Assembly (NCBI GenBank): GCA_018242205.1
Contig: JAFECJ010000001.1
Coordinates: 31,735 to 95,734 of the forward strand
Length of the DNA: 64,000 nucleotides
DNA from: Pseudomonadota bacterium
GTDB taxonomy: Bacteria; Pseudomonadota; Alphaproteobacteria; Rhizobiales; Xanthobacteraceae
Reading direction: 5' to 3'
Below, in pieces: positions 1-11,100 of this stretch. Position 1 is the first letter of the stretch, and each line of letters opens with the position of its first letter. Under the pieces are notes generated by a model that did no database searches, had not been told where the DNA came from, and saw nothing but the letters and a program-made list of their open reading frames with translations. Both the position numbers and the translations under genes were made by a program.

Positions 1-824
<824 letters not shown>

Positions 825-831
825 CGCGCCG

Positions 832-1311
832 TCAGCGCAAGACTTCCAGCAATAGCTCCAGCGCCCGCCGGGCGAACGCTTCCATGTTCGCCGCGCGATC
901 CGGGCTGCCGGTTTCCAGCGTGACTGCGCGTTCGGCAGGGCCGAGCACGGCGATGCAGGAATGCCCGGCGGCATCGCCGTAGCGGTTGCCGGTCGGGCCG
1001 GTGGCGCCGGTTTCGCCGAGCCCCCAGCTGGCGTTCATCTTGTCGCGGATGCGGCGCGCCTCGAGCAGCGCATAGGCTTCGGTCGAAGGCCGCATGCCCT
1101 TCATCTCGGCTTCGCCGACATCGAGCAGCGCCGCCCGCGACTGCTTGGTGTAAACCACGGCACCGCCGAGGAAATAGGCGGAAGCGCCGGGCACCGCGAG
1201 CAGCGCCGCCGAGATCAGACCGCCGGTCGAAGATTCAGCGATGGCGATCGTCTCCTTGCGCGCGATCAGCCGCGCGGCGACCTGTTCAGCGATGGGCGCG
1301 AGCGACTGCAT
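832..1311 (-). CDS. CinA C-terminal / PncC-like nicotinamide mononucleotide deamidase family protein
   Basis: IAIAESSTGGLIS, GASAYFLGGAVVY and GETGATGP motifs; start moved to ATG 1311, just past the stop of the upstream gene. Confidence 0.85.
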   Translation of the reverse strand: MQSLAPIAEQVAARLIARKETIAIAESSTGGLISAALLAVPGASAYFLGGAVVYTKQSRAALLDVGEAEMKGMRPSTEAYALLEARRIRDKMNASWGLGETGATGPTGNRYGDAAGHSCIAVLGPAERAVTLETGSPDRAANMEAFARRALELLLEVLR

Positions 1312-1312
1312 C

Positions 1313-1957
1313 TTAAACTCCGAGACTGCGGCCGATCTGACAGAGCACGCGGAAGGCTCCGACTTCGGCACCGGCGTATTCCGATTGCAGCGCGGCGCCG
1401 AGTTGGACGGCGTCGGCCTCGCGCAAGGTGTCGAGCATCAGCGCGCCTTTGATCTTGCGATCGCCGCCGCGCAGTTTCTCTTCCATCGACACCGGCTGGC
1501 CGGCCGGATCGGTGGCGACCCAGATCTCGCCCGCGGCGATCGCCGGATTGGCGATCAGCCGGTCGATCTTCGCCGTCAAGTCGGCGACATCCGGCATTGC
1601 GTCGAACCAGCGCAGCGTCACCGCATAGGCGCCCCGAAAGGCGCCACGGCGCACGGCGCGATGGCATAAGGTGCGGTTCATGCCGCGGAACACTTCCGTC
1701 ATGATCATGCGCGTCATCGGCGTCGGATTATCGAGCCGCTCGAGATAGGGCTTCGACGTGAGCACCGCCGGGCTTTCGACCAGATAGAAATTGAAGAACG
1801 CGGACGAGCCGACAATCGCCTCATGGCGGCGGCCGTAGATGAAGCCCGGCACGCCGAGCCGTTCCTCGAGATGCTCGCCCTGGAACCAGGTCTCGAAATC
1901 GGCTTCGCGGCCTGGCACGACGTTGTTCCAGATCGCGAGGATGCCGGGCTGTGTCAT
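1313..1957 (-). CDS. Hypothetical protein, DUF4286/EthD-like dimeric alpha-beta barrel
   Basis: N-terminal EADFETWFQGEHLEERLGVPGF pattern typical of EthD/DUF4286-like proteins; coding-like codon usage; tightly packed in an operon. Confidence 0.6.
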   Translation of the reverse strand: MTQPGILAIWNNVVPGREADFETWFQGEHLEERLGVPGFIYGRRHEAIVGSSAFFNFYLVESPAVLTSKPYLERLDNPTPMTRMIMTEVFRGMNRTLCHRAVRRGAFRGAYAVTLRWFDAMPDVADLTAKIDRLIANPAIAAGEIWVATDPAGQPVSMEEKLRGGDRKIKGALMLDTLREADAVQLGAALQSEYAGAEVGAFRVLCQIGRSLGV

Positions 1958-1962
1958 CGGGC

Positions 1963-3192
1963 TCAGGCTTTTGCCTGTTCGATATTGCCGCTACGCGTGG
2001 GCACACCGAACTCGCGGCGGCAGACATCGGCCAGCACCTTGATGCCGTCGCGGATTTCCTGATGCGTCGGGCTGGCGAAACAGATGCGAATGCGACTCCG
2101 GCTGTGCGCCTTGTCGGTCGACCATTCCGGGCCCGGGTTGATCGCGACGCCTTCCTTCAGCGCCGCCTGGTACAGCTTCAACGTATCGACATTGTCCGGC
2201 AGCTTAACCCAGAGGAAGATGCCGCCCTGCGGATCGTCGAACTCGGCCGCGGTGCCGAACTGCTCGTTGAGCGCCTCCATCAAGGTCTCGACCTTCTTGC
2301 GCAGGCCCTGGCGCAGGGCCGGCACATGGCTCGTGAAATGCGGCGCGCAGAATTCGGCGAGTACCATCTGCTCCAGGGCGCCGGAGCCGGCGTCGGTTTT
2401 CAGCGCCAGCATCCGGGACATCACCGACCACGGCGCGACAACGAAGCCGACGCGCAAGGCCGGCGCGATCGACTTCGAAAACGAGCCGATATGGATGACG
2501 TTGTCCGACTTGCTCATCGCGTGGAGCGCGGGCGGCCGCTTACCACTCCAGATCAGGTCGGCGTAGCAATCGTCCTCGACGATCGGCACGCCGTATTCAT
2601 CCGCCAACGCCAGCATGCGAGCGCGACGTTCCGCGTCGAGGACGGTCGCGGTCGGATTCTGCACCGTCGGGATGGTGTAGATGAATTTTGGCGTGACGCC
2701 TTTGGCCTTCAGCTCTTTCAGCGCGGCCTCGAGCGCGTCCATCTTCATGCCGCCCTTGTCGAGCGGAATGCCGACCGCGGTGACGCCGAGCTTGGTGAAG
2801 CGGTTCAGCGAGCCCTGATAATTGTCCTTCTCGGCGATCACGGTGTCGCCGCGCGACAAGAGCGCCGCGTTGACGAGATCGAGCGCCTGCAGCGAACCCG
2901 ACACGATGAGGATGTCGTCCGGCGTGCAGGCCATGCCGGCATCGCGCTTGAGCTTATCGGCGAGGAAGTCGCGCAGGGGGCGATAGCCTTGCGGCCCGCT
3001 ATTGAGGCCGTAAGTGGCGAGCGTGCGCCCCTCGCGCTGCAATACCGACTGCGCCGCCGCCATCAGGCCGTCGAGCGGCACTTCGCCCGGATCGTTGTTG
3101 CCGCCGACGAAATTGTATTTCGGCGTGCCGGTCCAGCGCACCGCCGGCGGCGGTACGGTCGCCGGAAATAGCGGCGTGAAGTCGAAGGCCAT
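1963..3192 (-). CDS. PLP-dependent aminotransferase class I/II (MocR-type aminotransferase domain without HTH)
   Basis: IYTIPTVQNPT, IVEDDCYADL and GSFSKSIAPALRVG (PLP lysine); start at MAFDF behind the SD GGGAGAGG. Confidence 0.88.
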   Translation of the reverse strand: MAFDFTPLFPATVPPPAVRWTGTPKYNFVGGNNDPGEVPLDGLMAAAQSVLQREGRTLATYGLNSGPQGYRPLRDFLADKLKRDAGMACTPDDILIVSGSLQALDLVNAALLSRGDTVIAEKDNYQGSLNRFTKLGVTAVGIPLDKGGMKMDALEAALKELKAKGVTPKFIYTIPTVQNPTATVLDAERRARMLALADEYGVPIVEDDCYADLIWSGKRPPALHAMSKSDNVIHIGSFSKSIAPALRVGFVVAPWSVMSRMLALKTDAGSGALEQMVLAEFCAPHFTSHVPALRQGLRKKVETLMEALNEQFGTAAEFDDPQGGIFLWVKLPDNVDTLKLYQAALKEGVAINPGPEWSTDKAHSRSRIRICFASPTHQEIRDGIKVLADVCRREFGVPTRSGNIEQAKA

Positions 3193-3205
3193 GTTTCCTC
3201 TCCCT

Positions 3206-3236
3206 TCATGCCCGGCCTTCTCTGTGCCGGGCATGA
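3206..3236. repeat. REP-like palindrome (11-bp perfect stem)
   Basis: tcatgcccggc-N9-gccgggcatga; same sequence family as the left arm of the 12921-12998 element. Confidence 0.7.
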
Positions 3237-3257
3237 CATTGCGTGACGAAGGCAGCG

Positions 3258-3608
3258 TTACTTCGCCGCCTGCACCATGATCTCGACCTTGTATTCCGGC
3301 GCGGCGAGCTTGGCCTCGACGGTGGCGCGGGCCGGGGTGTTACCGGGCGACACCCAGGCGTCCCAGGCGGCGTTCATCGCGCCGAATTCCGACATCGAGG
3401 TGATCCAGATGTTGGCCGACAGGAGCTTCGACTTGTCGGTCCCGGCCTTCGCGAGGTAGCCGTCGATCTGGGCCAGGATGTCCTTGGTCTGCGCCGTCAT
3501 GTCCTTGCCCTTGGGGTCGTTGGCGACGATGCCCGCGAGATAGACGGTGTTGCCGTGGACCACGCACTTGCTCATGCGCTGGTTGGAGTCGATCCGTTCG
3601 ATGGCCAT
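3258..3608 (-). CDS. RidA/YjgF/YoaB family protein
   Basis: VVHGNTVYLAG, QTKDILAQID, FGAMNAAWDAW and PARATVEAKLAAPEYKVEI. Confidence 0.92.
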   Translation of the reverse strand: MAIERIDSNQRMSKCVVHGNTVYLAGIVANDPKGKDMTAQTKDILAQIDGYLAKAGTDKSKLLSANIWITSMSEFGAMNAAWDAWVSPGNTPARATVEAKLAAPEYKVEIMVQAAK

Positions 3609-3668
3609 CAGGGCCTCCTTGCTCGTTTCGTGAACCGGGCGACGTTCTAGCGGGCTTTGGCGGCGAAG

Positions 3669-3693
3669 GGAACTCGGAACCCGGCTCGCGATT
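3669..3693 (+). promoter_or_regulatory. Possible EcfG (general stress sigma) promoter for the DUF892 gene
   Basis: GGAAC-N16-GATT, near the EcfG consensus GGAAC-N16/17-CGTT, 65 nt upstream of a typical general-stress gene. Confidence 0.35.
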
Positions 3694-3757
3694 TATAGCC
3701 GCAGGTTTGGCGACAAGGCGCGCGCCCCGCCGCCGCGCCGCAACAGGAGTTCTCACG

Positions 3758-4342
3758 ATGGGCTGGTTTTCCTCCGATATCGACACCTTCGAAGAACTGT
3801 TCGTGCACACGCTGCAGGACATCTATTACGCCGAACACCGGATCCGGAAGGCGCTGCCGGACATGATCGAAAAGGCGTCCGACGCCGAACTCAAGAAGGG
3901 CTTCCGGATGCACCTCAAGCAAACCGACGGCCAGATCAAACGGCTCGACCGTGTGTTCAAGATGATGAAGTCGGTGCCGCAGGGCACCAAGTGCCCTGCG
4001 ATCGATGGCATCATCGAGGAGGCCAACGAGATCGCCGGCGAGATCGAGAACAAGTTGATCCTCAATGCGGCGCTGATCGCCGCGGCGCAGGCGGTCGAGC
4101 ACTACGAGATCACCCGCTACGGCACGCTAACCGCCTGGGCCAGGCTGCTCGGCCGAGCCGACGTCGCCAAACTGCTCAACATGAACCTCAAGGAAGAGAA
4201 GGCGACCGACAAGAAGCTCGGCGGCATCGCCAAGCGCAAGATCAACAAGAAGGCGGCGGCGGCGAAACTGAAGCGCCCGACCCGCGCCGAAAGGGCCGAG
4301 AACGCCATGCTCGCGGCCGCAGCGGGCATTCCGGCGATTTGA
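3758..4342 (+). CDS. Ferritin-like DUF892 (YciE/YciF) protein
   Basis: LFVHTLQDIYYAE, HLKQTDGQIKRL, CPAIDGIIEEA and AAAQAVEHYEITRYGTL; SD AGGAG before ATG 3758. Confidence 0.9.
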   Translation: MGWFSSDIDTFEELFVHTLQDIYYAEHRIRKALPDMIEKASDAELKKGFRMHLKQTDGQIKRLDRVFKMMKSVPQGTKCPAIDGIIEEANEIAGEIENKLILNAALIAAAQAVEHYEITRYGTLTAWARLLGRADVAKLLNMNLKEEKATDKKLGGIAKRKINKKAAAAKLKRPTRAERAENAMLAAAAGIPAI

Positions 4343-4353
4343 CCGAGGACGCC

Positions 4354-4429
4354 GTCATCGCCCGCGAAGGCGGGGCGATCCAGCACTTCGCCGGACAGGG
4401 CTGGGTCCTCCGCCTTCGCGGAGGACGAC
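4354..4429. repeat. REP-like double-hairpin element between convergent genes
   Basis: gtcatcgcccgcgaaggcggggcgatccag ... ctgggtcctccgccttcgcggaggacgac; inverted arms, each self-palindromic. Confidence 0.8.
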
Positions 4430-4438
4430 GTGGAGGGA

Positions 4439-5410
4439 TTATCCCCCCTTCACGCCCTGCGTATTGACGTAGAGCGCGTAAAGCGAATGCGCTGCGGCCA
4501 TGAACAGCCGGTTGCGCTTGACGCCGCCGAAACAGACATTGGCGCAGCGCTCCGGCAACGAGATGTGGCCGATCGGTTCGCCCTGCGGCGAGAAGACGCG
4601 CACGCCGTCGAGCGCCGGGGTCATCCCCCAGCCGCACCACAGATTGCCGTCGATATCGACGCGGAAGCCATCCGGTGTGCCATCCGGACCGGCATCGATG
4701 AGCACCTTGCGGTTCGACAGTCTGTCGCCGGCGCCGACGTCGAAACTCAATATCTTGCGCGGTTCGCTGCGCGACTCGACGATGTAGAGAATCTTCTCGT
4801 CCGGCGAGAAAGCGAGCCCGTTCGGCGCGTTGATGCCGTCCATCGCCACCGTGACCTTGCCGCTCGCGCCGTCGACCCGGTAGACGTTCATCGGCAGCTC
4901 GGCATCGGCCTTGTCGCCTTCGTAATTGCCGAGAATGCCGAACTGCGGATCGGTAAACCAGATCGAGCCGTCCGACTTCACCACCACGTCATTCGGCGAG
5001 TTGAGTCTCTTGCCGTCGAACCGGTCGCAGATCACCGTGATGCTGCCGTCATATTCGGTGCGCGTGACGCGGCGCGTCAGGTGTTCGCAGGTGATGAGGC
5101 GGCCCTGACGGTCGCGGGTATTGCCGTTGCCGTTGTTCGACGGCGCGCGGAACGGGCTCACCTGCCCGCTGGTCTCGTCCCACTTCAACATGACATTGCC
5201 GGGCACGTCGCTCCAGATCAGGCAGCGCGCATCGCCGAAATAGACCGGCCCCTCGCCCCAGCGCGTGCCGGTGTAGAGCCGTTCGACGCTCGACAGCGGC
5301 AGATGATATTTCTTGAACTGCGGATCGAGCGCCGTGATCAGCGGATCGGGATAACGCAGGCTGGGCGACCACTGACCGGAAAGCACGGCAGCTTTGGTAT
5401 CGAGCGACAT
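4439..5410 (-). CDS. SMP-30/gluconolactonase/LRE family protein
   Basis: WGEGPVYF, LIWSDVPGN, NGNTRDRQGRLITCEH, RLNSPNDVVV, PNGLAFSPDE and PDGFRVD. Confidence 0.93.
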   Translation of the reverse strand: MSLDTKAAVLSGQWSPSLRYPDPLITALDPQFKKYHLPLSSVERLYTGTRWGEGPVYFGDARCLIWSDVPGNVMLKWDETSGQVSPFRAPSNNGNGNTRDRQGRLITCEHLTRRVTRTEYDGSITVICDRFDGKRLNSPNDVVVKSDGSIWFTDPQFGILGNYEGDKADAELPMNVYRVDGASGKVTVAMDGINAPNGLAFSPDEKILYIVESRSEPRKILSFDVGAGDRLSNRKVLIDAGPDGTPDGFRVDIDGNLWCGWGMTPALDGVRVFSPQGEPIGHISLPERCANVCFGGVKRNRLFMAAAHSLYALYVNTQGVKGG

Positions 5411-5443
5411 CGGACATTTCCCCCGGGGGCTTTTCTGATGATT

Positions 5444-6544
5444 TCAGTCTAGCGCAGCACTGAGCACTTTGCGCATGACATTCGGCAGGGCTTCGTCGCG
5501 CAAATGCGCGAGCTCCACCCAGCGCGCGCCTTTTGGCGCCGCCGCCGTCTTCGGCACATGCGTTACGTACACCGTCAATGCCAATGGAAAATGCGTGAAG
5601 ACGTGCGTCACCTCGCCGGCCAGCTTGCACCACTTCGCATTCTTGAACTTCGGCGCGGCATCGAGCGCCTTGCGCATATCGAAATCGTGCGACCAGTCGC
5701 TGCCAGGCACTTCGGTCATGGCGCCTAACAGGCCCTTTTCCGGACGTTGACGCAACAAGACATGCATCTTGCCCTTTGCGTCCTCGCGCAGCACGACGAA
5801 GGCGGCGCCGCGGCGCAATTTGCCTTCACGCTTCGGCGCCTTGCGCGGATAGGTCTCCTGCTCGCCACGTGCGCGGGCAACACAGTTGTCGTTCCACGGG
5901 CACAGGGCGCAAGCCGGTTTCTTCGGCGTGCAGATGGTGGCGCCGAGATCCATCAGCGCCTGGGCGAAATCGCCGGTGCGCGCGGGCGGCATCAGCGACG
6001 CCGCCAGCCGCTTGATCTCGGGCTTTGCGGCCGGCAACGCCTCGTCGACGGCGAACAGCCGGCTCGCCACGCGCTCGACATTGCCGTCGACCGGCACCGC
6101 CGGCAGATCGAAGGCGATCGAACCGACCGCTGCGGCGGTGTAATCGCCAATGCCGGGCAGTGCGCGCAGCGCTTCCAGGTCATCGGGGAATACGCCGCCG
6201 TGGCGTTCGACAACGGCGATGGCGCAGGCATGCAGATTGCGCGCCCGCGCGTAATAGCCGAGCCCGGCCCAGGCGCGCAGCACGTCGTCGAGCGGCGATT
6301 GCGCCAGCGCTTCGACCGTCGGCCACTTGGCCAGGAACTTGGCGTAATAAGGCCCGACGGTTTTCACCGTGGTCTGCTGCAGCATGATCTCCGACAGCCA
6401 TACGGCGTAAGGCGGGGTCCGCTCACCCTTACGCGCCCGCCACGGCAGCACGCGGCGGTGGCGGTCGTACCAGGCCAGCAGGTCTGCAGGGTCGGCGCCG
6501 GCGGCGGTTTTCTTTCGCCGCGGCAGGCGGGCTGCTACGTTCAT
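5444..6544 (-). CDS. mutY: A/G-specific adenine glycosylase MutY
   Basis: WLSEIMLQQT, LGYYARARNL, LPGIGDYTA (HhH), VDGNVERV, 4Fe-4S motif CTPKKPACALCPWNDNC and HVFTHF; start placed at ATG 6544. Confidence 0.95.
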   Translation of the reverse strand: MNVAARLPRRKKTAAGADPADLLAWYDRHRRVLPWRARKGERTPPYAVWLSEIMLQQTTVKTVGPYYAKFLAKWPTVEALAQSPLDDVLRAWAGLGYYARARNLHACAIAVVERHGGVFPDDLEALRALPGIGDYTAAAVGSIAFDLPAVPVDGNVERVASRLFAVDEALPAAKPEIKRLAASLMPPARTGDFAQALMDLGATICTPKKPACALCPWNDNCVARARGEQETYPRKAPKREGKLRRGAAFVVLREDAKGKMHVLLRQRPEKGLLGAMTEVPGSDWSHDFDMRKALDAAPKFKNAKWCKLAGEVTHVFTHFPLALTVYVTHVPKTAAAPKGARWVELAHLRDEALPNVMRKVLSAALD

Positions 6545-6572
6545 GGCCCGGACGATGCCAGAGACATATTCG

Positions 6573-7064
6573 ATGACCAAGCCCGCCAGGGGTTTTCCCC
6601 GTCCCTTGTCCGAGTTCACCGCCGGCAGCCTCGGCGGCGTCCTCAAGGCGCAAGGTTTCGCGTCAATGGAAATAGTTACGCGTTGGCGCGAGATCGTCGG
6701 CGCCGAGGTCGCCGCCCATAGCGAGCCGATGAAGATCAACTGGCCGCGGCCGAAGACCGATGTCGGCGACGTCGAGCAGGCGGAACCCGCTACGCTGGTG
6801 CTGCGGGTCGAAGGCCCGGCGGCGCTGGAAATTCAACATTTGTCAGCCGTCATTCTGGAGCGGGTCAACCGCTTCTTCGGCTGGCAGGCGATCGGCCGGC
6901 TGGCGCTGCGGCAGGCGCCCCTGCGCCGCAAGGTGCCGAAGCGCCGCCCGGCCCCGCCCGACCCGGCCCTGACCGCCCGTTTGGCCGCGTCGATGCCGGA
7001 AATCGAGGACGACGCCTTGCGCGACGCCCTCGCCCGGCTGGGCAGCGCCATCAAGACAAAGTGA
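6573..7064 (+). CDS. DUF721 / DciA-like protein
   Basis: WREIVGAEVA, ATLVLRVEGPAALEIQH and RVNRFFGWQAIGRLALRQ; the usual position between mutY and dsbA in Alphaproteobacteria. Confidence 0.85.
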   Translation: MTKPARGFPRPLSEFTAGSLGGVLKAQGFASMEIVTRWREIVGAEVAAHSEPMKINWPRPKTDVGDVEQAEPATLVLRVEGPAALEIQHLSAVILERVNRFFGWQAIGRLALRQAPLRRKVPKRRPAPPDPALTARLAASMPEIEDDALRDALARLGSAIKTK

Positions 7065-7178
7065 GGCCTTGCGCCGCCTTGGCGGGCTGGCGCGCGATTG
7101 CCACAATCATGCTATCCAGCTAGCAGGAAGCGCCCCGCGGACGCCCGTTTCCGCGCCTTTTTGTGACGGAGAGATCCT

Positions 7179-7853
7179 TTGCGCCTGACCCGACGTGAAT
7201 TCTGCCAAAGCACGGCTTTCGTGGCCATCGCCACCGCGCTGGGTCTGTCGGCGCTGCCGTCTTTGACCGGTGAGGCGCTGGCGGCCGACGGCGCCGCCGT
7301 GCCGGAAACCGAACTCATGGCACCTGGCGCCCTACCCGACATGTCGATCGGCAACGCCAAGGCGTCGGTGACGGTCATCGAATACGCCTCGATGACCTGC
7401 CCGCATTGTGCCCATTTCAACGAGACGACCTTCCCGGACATCAAGAAGAAATACATCGACACCGGCAAGATCCGTTACATCTTCCGCGAATTCCCGCTCG
7501 ATAATCTGGCTGCCGCGGTGTTCATGCTGGCGCGGTGCAACGCCGACACCAATTCGGAAAAGTACTTCTCCTTCATCGACGTGATGTTCCGCCAACAGCG
7601 GACCTGGGCCGTCGAGAAGCCGCTCGACCCGCTCCTGACCTTGTCGAAGCAGGCCGGCTTCACCAAGGAAACCTTCGACGCCTGCCTGTCGAACCAGAAG
7701 ATCCTCGACGGGATTGAGGCCATGCGGCAGCGCGCGGTCGACAAGTTCAAGGTCAATGCGACCCCGACCTTCTTCATCAACGGCAAGCTCTATTCCGGTG
7801 CGATGACCACCGAGGAAATGTCGAAAGTCCTCGATCCGCTGATCAAGGGCTAG
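7179..7853 (+). CDS. DsbA-family thiol-disulfide oxidoreductase (periplasmic, Tat-like signal)
   Basis: TTG start, TRREF signal, EYASMTCPHCAHF (CXXC), FREFPLD and ATPTFFING. Confidence 0.9.
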   Translation: MRLTRREFCQSTAFVAIATALGLSALPSLTGEALAADGAAVPETELMAPGALPDMSIGNAKASVTVIEYASMTCPHCAHFNETTFPDIKKKYIDTGKIRYIFREFPLDNLAAAVFMLARCNADTNSEKYFSFIDVMFRQQRTWAVEKPLDPLLTLSKQAGFTKETFDACLSNQKILDGIEAMRQRAVDKFKVNATPTFFINGKLYSGAMTTEEMSKVLDPLIKG

Positions 7854-8143
7854 GCGCCGGATCAGCGTACCGCGATGGAGGGGCCGGCCAACCGACCCCA
7901 ATATCTAGGCGCGCGACACAAGCGCAATTTTGTTCCAATCCACAACCGAAAGGTCTGGAAAACCGGGCTTTTTGGCGCCATCTGAGTTGCCCGGACCGCG
8001 CCGAGATTTCATTGTCGCGGAGATTGGGGCATACGACCCTTAGAGTCCGGGCCATGCCCCCGGCTGGCGTTTAAACCTATTCATCAGGCACCCTGAGCAG
8101 CCCGATCTGGCGTTCACCCTGCTCCGGGTCGAGGCGTTGAAGT

Positions 8144-11100
8144 ATGATCCTTACCCGGCTGCGTCTGCTCGGTTTCAAGACCTTCGTTGAGCCGACCGAT
8201 TTCGTCATCGAGCCGGGCCTGACCGGCGTCGTCGGACCCAACGGCTGCGGCAAGTCGAATCTGGTCGAAGCGCTGCGCTGGGTGATGGGTGAAAACTCAT
8301 ACAAGTCGATGCGCGCGTCCTCGATGGACGACGTCATCTTCTCCGGATCGAACACGCGGCCGGCGCGCAACAACGCCGAAGTCGCGATCATGATCGACAA
8401 CGCCGAGCGCTCGGCGCCGGCACAGTTCAACGACACCGACATGCTGGAGATCGCGCGCCGCATCGAGCGCGAGGAAGGCTCGTCCTATCGCATCAACGGC
8501 AAGGAAGTGCGCGCCCGCGACGTGCAGATGGTGTTCGCCGATGCTTCGACCGGCGCCCGCTCGCCGGCTCTGGTGCATCAAGGCCGCATCGGCGAGATCA
8601 TCCAGGCCAAGCCCGAACAACGCCGCCGCGTTCTCGAAGAAGCCGCCGGCGTCTCCGGCCTGCACGCCCGCCGTCATGAAGCCGAGTTGCGGCTGAAGGC
8701 CGCGGAAACCAACCTCACCCGCCTCGAGGACGTCATCGGCCAGCTCGCCGGCCAGATGGAAGCGCTGAAGAAGCAGGCTAAACAGGCGATCCGCTACCGC
8801 ACAGTGTCGGCGCAGGTGCGCAAGACCGAAGCGACGCTCTACCACCTGCGCTGGTCGGCCGCGAATGTCGAACAGACCGAAGCCGAAACCGCCAAGGACC
8901 TGTGCGTGCGCGAAGTCGCGGCGCGGACCGGCGCCCAGGCCGAAGCCTCGACGCGCCAGACTGAACTCGCGGCCACCTTGCCGCCGCTGCGCGAGGCCGA
9001 AGCCCGCGCCGGCGCCGCACTGCACCGCCTCAACGTCGCGATGCAGGAGCTGGAGCGCGAAGAGCAGCGCGCCAAGGATCGTATCAGCGAACTCGACAAG
9101 CGCCTGGTGCAGCTCGGTGCCGACAGTGAGCGCGAACAGAAGCTGGTGGCCGACGCCGATGCCGCGATCGCGCGGCTCGCCGCCGAAGAAGACATGATCA
9201 AGGCCGAGGCCGCCGAAAGCGCCGGCCGCCGCTCGGGCGTCGACGCCCGCGTCGAGGAAGCGAGCTCGGCGCTCGCCGCCGCGGAAAAAATCTTCGCCGA
9301 ACTGACGGCCAAGCTCGCCGACCTCGCCGCGCAGCGCAATCAGTTGGAAGGCGCGGTCCGCCAGCATCGCGACCGTGCCAGCAAGGTCGAGGCCGAAATG
9401 GCCGAGATCGCGCGCGAGATCGATACGCTGCAAGCCACCGATGGGCCCGACCTCGCCGCGCTGACGCAGGAAGTCGAGGACATTCAGCAGGCGCTGGCTA
9501 ATGCCGAGAATGCCGCGATCGACGCCGAGGCGGCGCATGCCGCGGCGCGGGCCGCGCTCGAGGCCAGCCGCAATCCGCTGACCGAAGCCGAACGGCGCGT
9601 GCAACGGCTCGAGACCGAAGCCAAGACCTTGTCCAAGGTGCTCGCGGTCGAGAGCAAGAACCTGTGGCCGCCGGTGATGGACAACATCACCGTCGACAAG
9701 GGTTTCGAAAAGGCGCTCGGCGCCGCGCTTGGCGATGACCTCGACGCACCGATCGACGCTTCGGCGCCGATGCGCTGGATTGGCTCGACGGTCGATGCCA
9801 ACGACCCCAGGCTGCCGGATGGCGCGACGCCATTGTCCGCGCATGTCCGCGCGCCCGATGAATTGACCCGCCGCCTCAACCAGATCGGCGTCGTCGACAA
9901 GGACGCCGGCGCGCGGCTCGTGGCACAGTTGAAGCCCGGCCAGCGCCTGGTTTCGCCGGAAGGCGATCTGTGGCGCTGGGACGGCTTCGCCGCCGCCGCG
10001 CATGCTCCGACCGGCGCCGCGCGCCGCCTCGCCGAACGCGCCCGTCTCGCCGAGATCGAGACCGAACTCGTCATGGCCAAGGCCGAAGTGGAAACGGCGA
10101 AGCAGACCAGCGAAGCCGCGCAGGCCGCGCTTCAGGCCGCCGCCACCGCCGAGACCGAGACCCGCAATGCCGCGCGTGAGCGCCAGCGCGAAGTCAACGC
10201 CGCGCGCGATCGTCATGAAGCCGCCGAACGCGAGGTCAACCGCAACGCGGCGCGACTGTCGGCGCTGACCGAGGCGCAGAGCCGCCTCACCGCCAACCAT
10301 GACGAAGCCACCGCGGGCATCATCCAGACCGAAGAGGCCCTTGCCGCGCTCGCTCCGGCGGCCGATCTCGAAACCGAACTCGCCGGCGTACGCGACGACA
10401 TCGCCGGCAAGCGCGCCCACCTCGCCGAGGTGCGCGCCGAGCAGCAGGCCATCGTCCGCGAAGCCGAGATCGCCGATCGCCGGCTGCGTCAGGTCGGCGA
10501 GGAGAAGGCCGGCTGGTTCCAGCGGCAGGAGAGCGCCCGCGGCCAGACCGAGACGCTCGTGACGCGCATCGAGGAGGCGCAGCGCGACCGCACCGAGTTG
10601 GAGAACGCGCCGCAGGTTTTCGCCGAGAAGCGCGAAGCTCTGATCAGCGAAGTACAGCTTGCCGAACAAGACCGCCGCGAATGCGCCGACAAGCTCCAGG
10701 AAGCCGAGAACGCCCTGGCCGAGGCCGATCGCGACGCCCGCTCGGCGTTAGAGGCCGCCTCGACCGCCCGCGAAGAATTGGCACGCGCCGAAGAGCGGTT
10801 CGAAGCGTCGAAACGGCGTCTCACCGACATCGCGCGTGAAATCCACGACATGCTCGAAGTCGAGCCGCAGGCCGTCGCGGCGCTGGCCGAGCTCCAAGAA
10901 GGCGAAGCCCTGCCCGACCTCGCCGAGATCGAGGCGACGCTGGAGCGGCTGCGCCGCGAGCGCGAACGGCTTGGCGCGGTCAATCTGCGCGCCGAAGAAG
11001 AACTGGTCGAAGTCGAGACGCAGCACACTTCGCTGACCACCGAGCGCGACGATCTCGTCGAAGCGATCAAGAAGCTGCGCCTCGGCATCCAGAGCCTCAA

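Noticed and set aside
6543-6572. Head-to-head start-codon overlap of mutY and DUF721
   Set aside because: Resolved by using ATG 6573 for DUF721; the divergent arrangement is standard in this clade
8297-10669. 790-aa antisense ORF opposite smc
   Set aside because: Shadow ORF of a high-GC gene; no recognisable motifs
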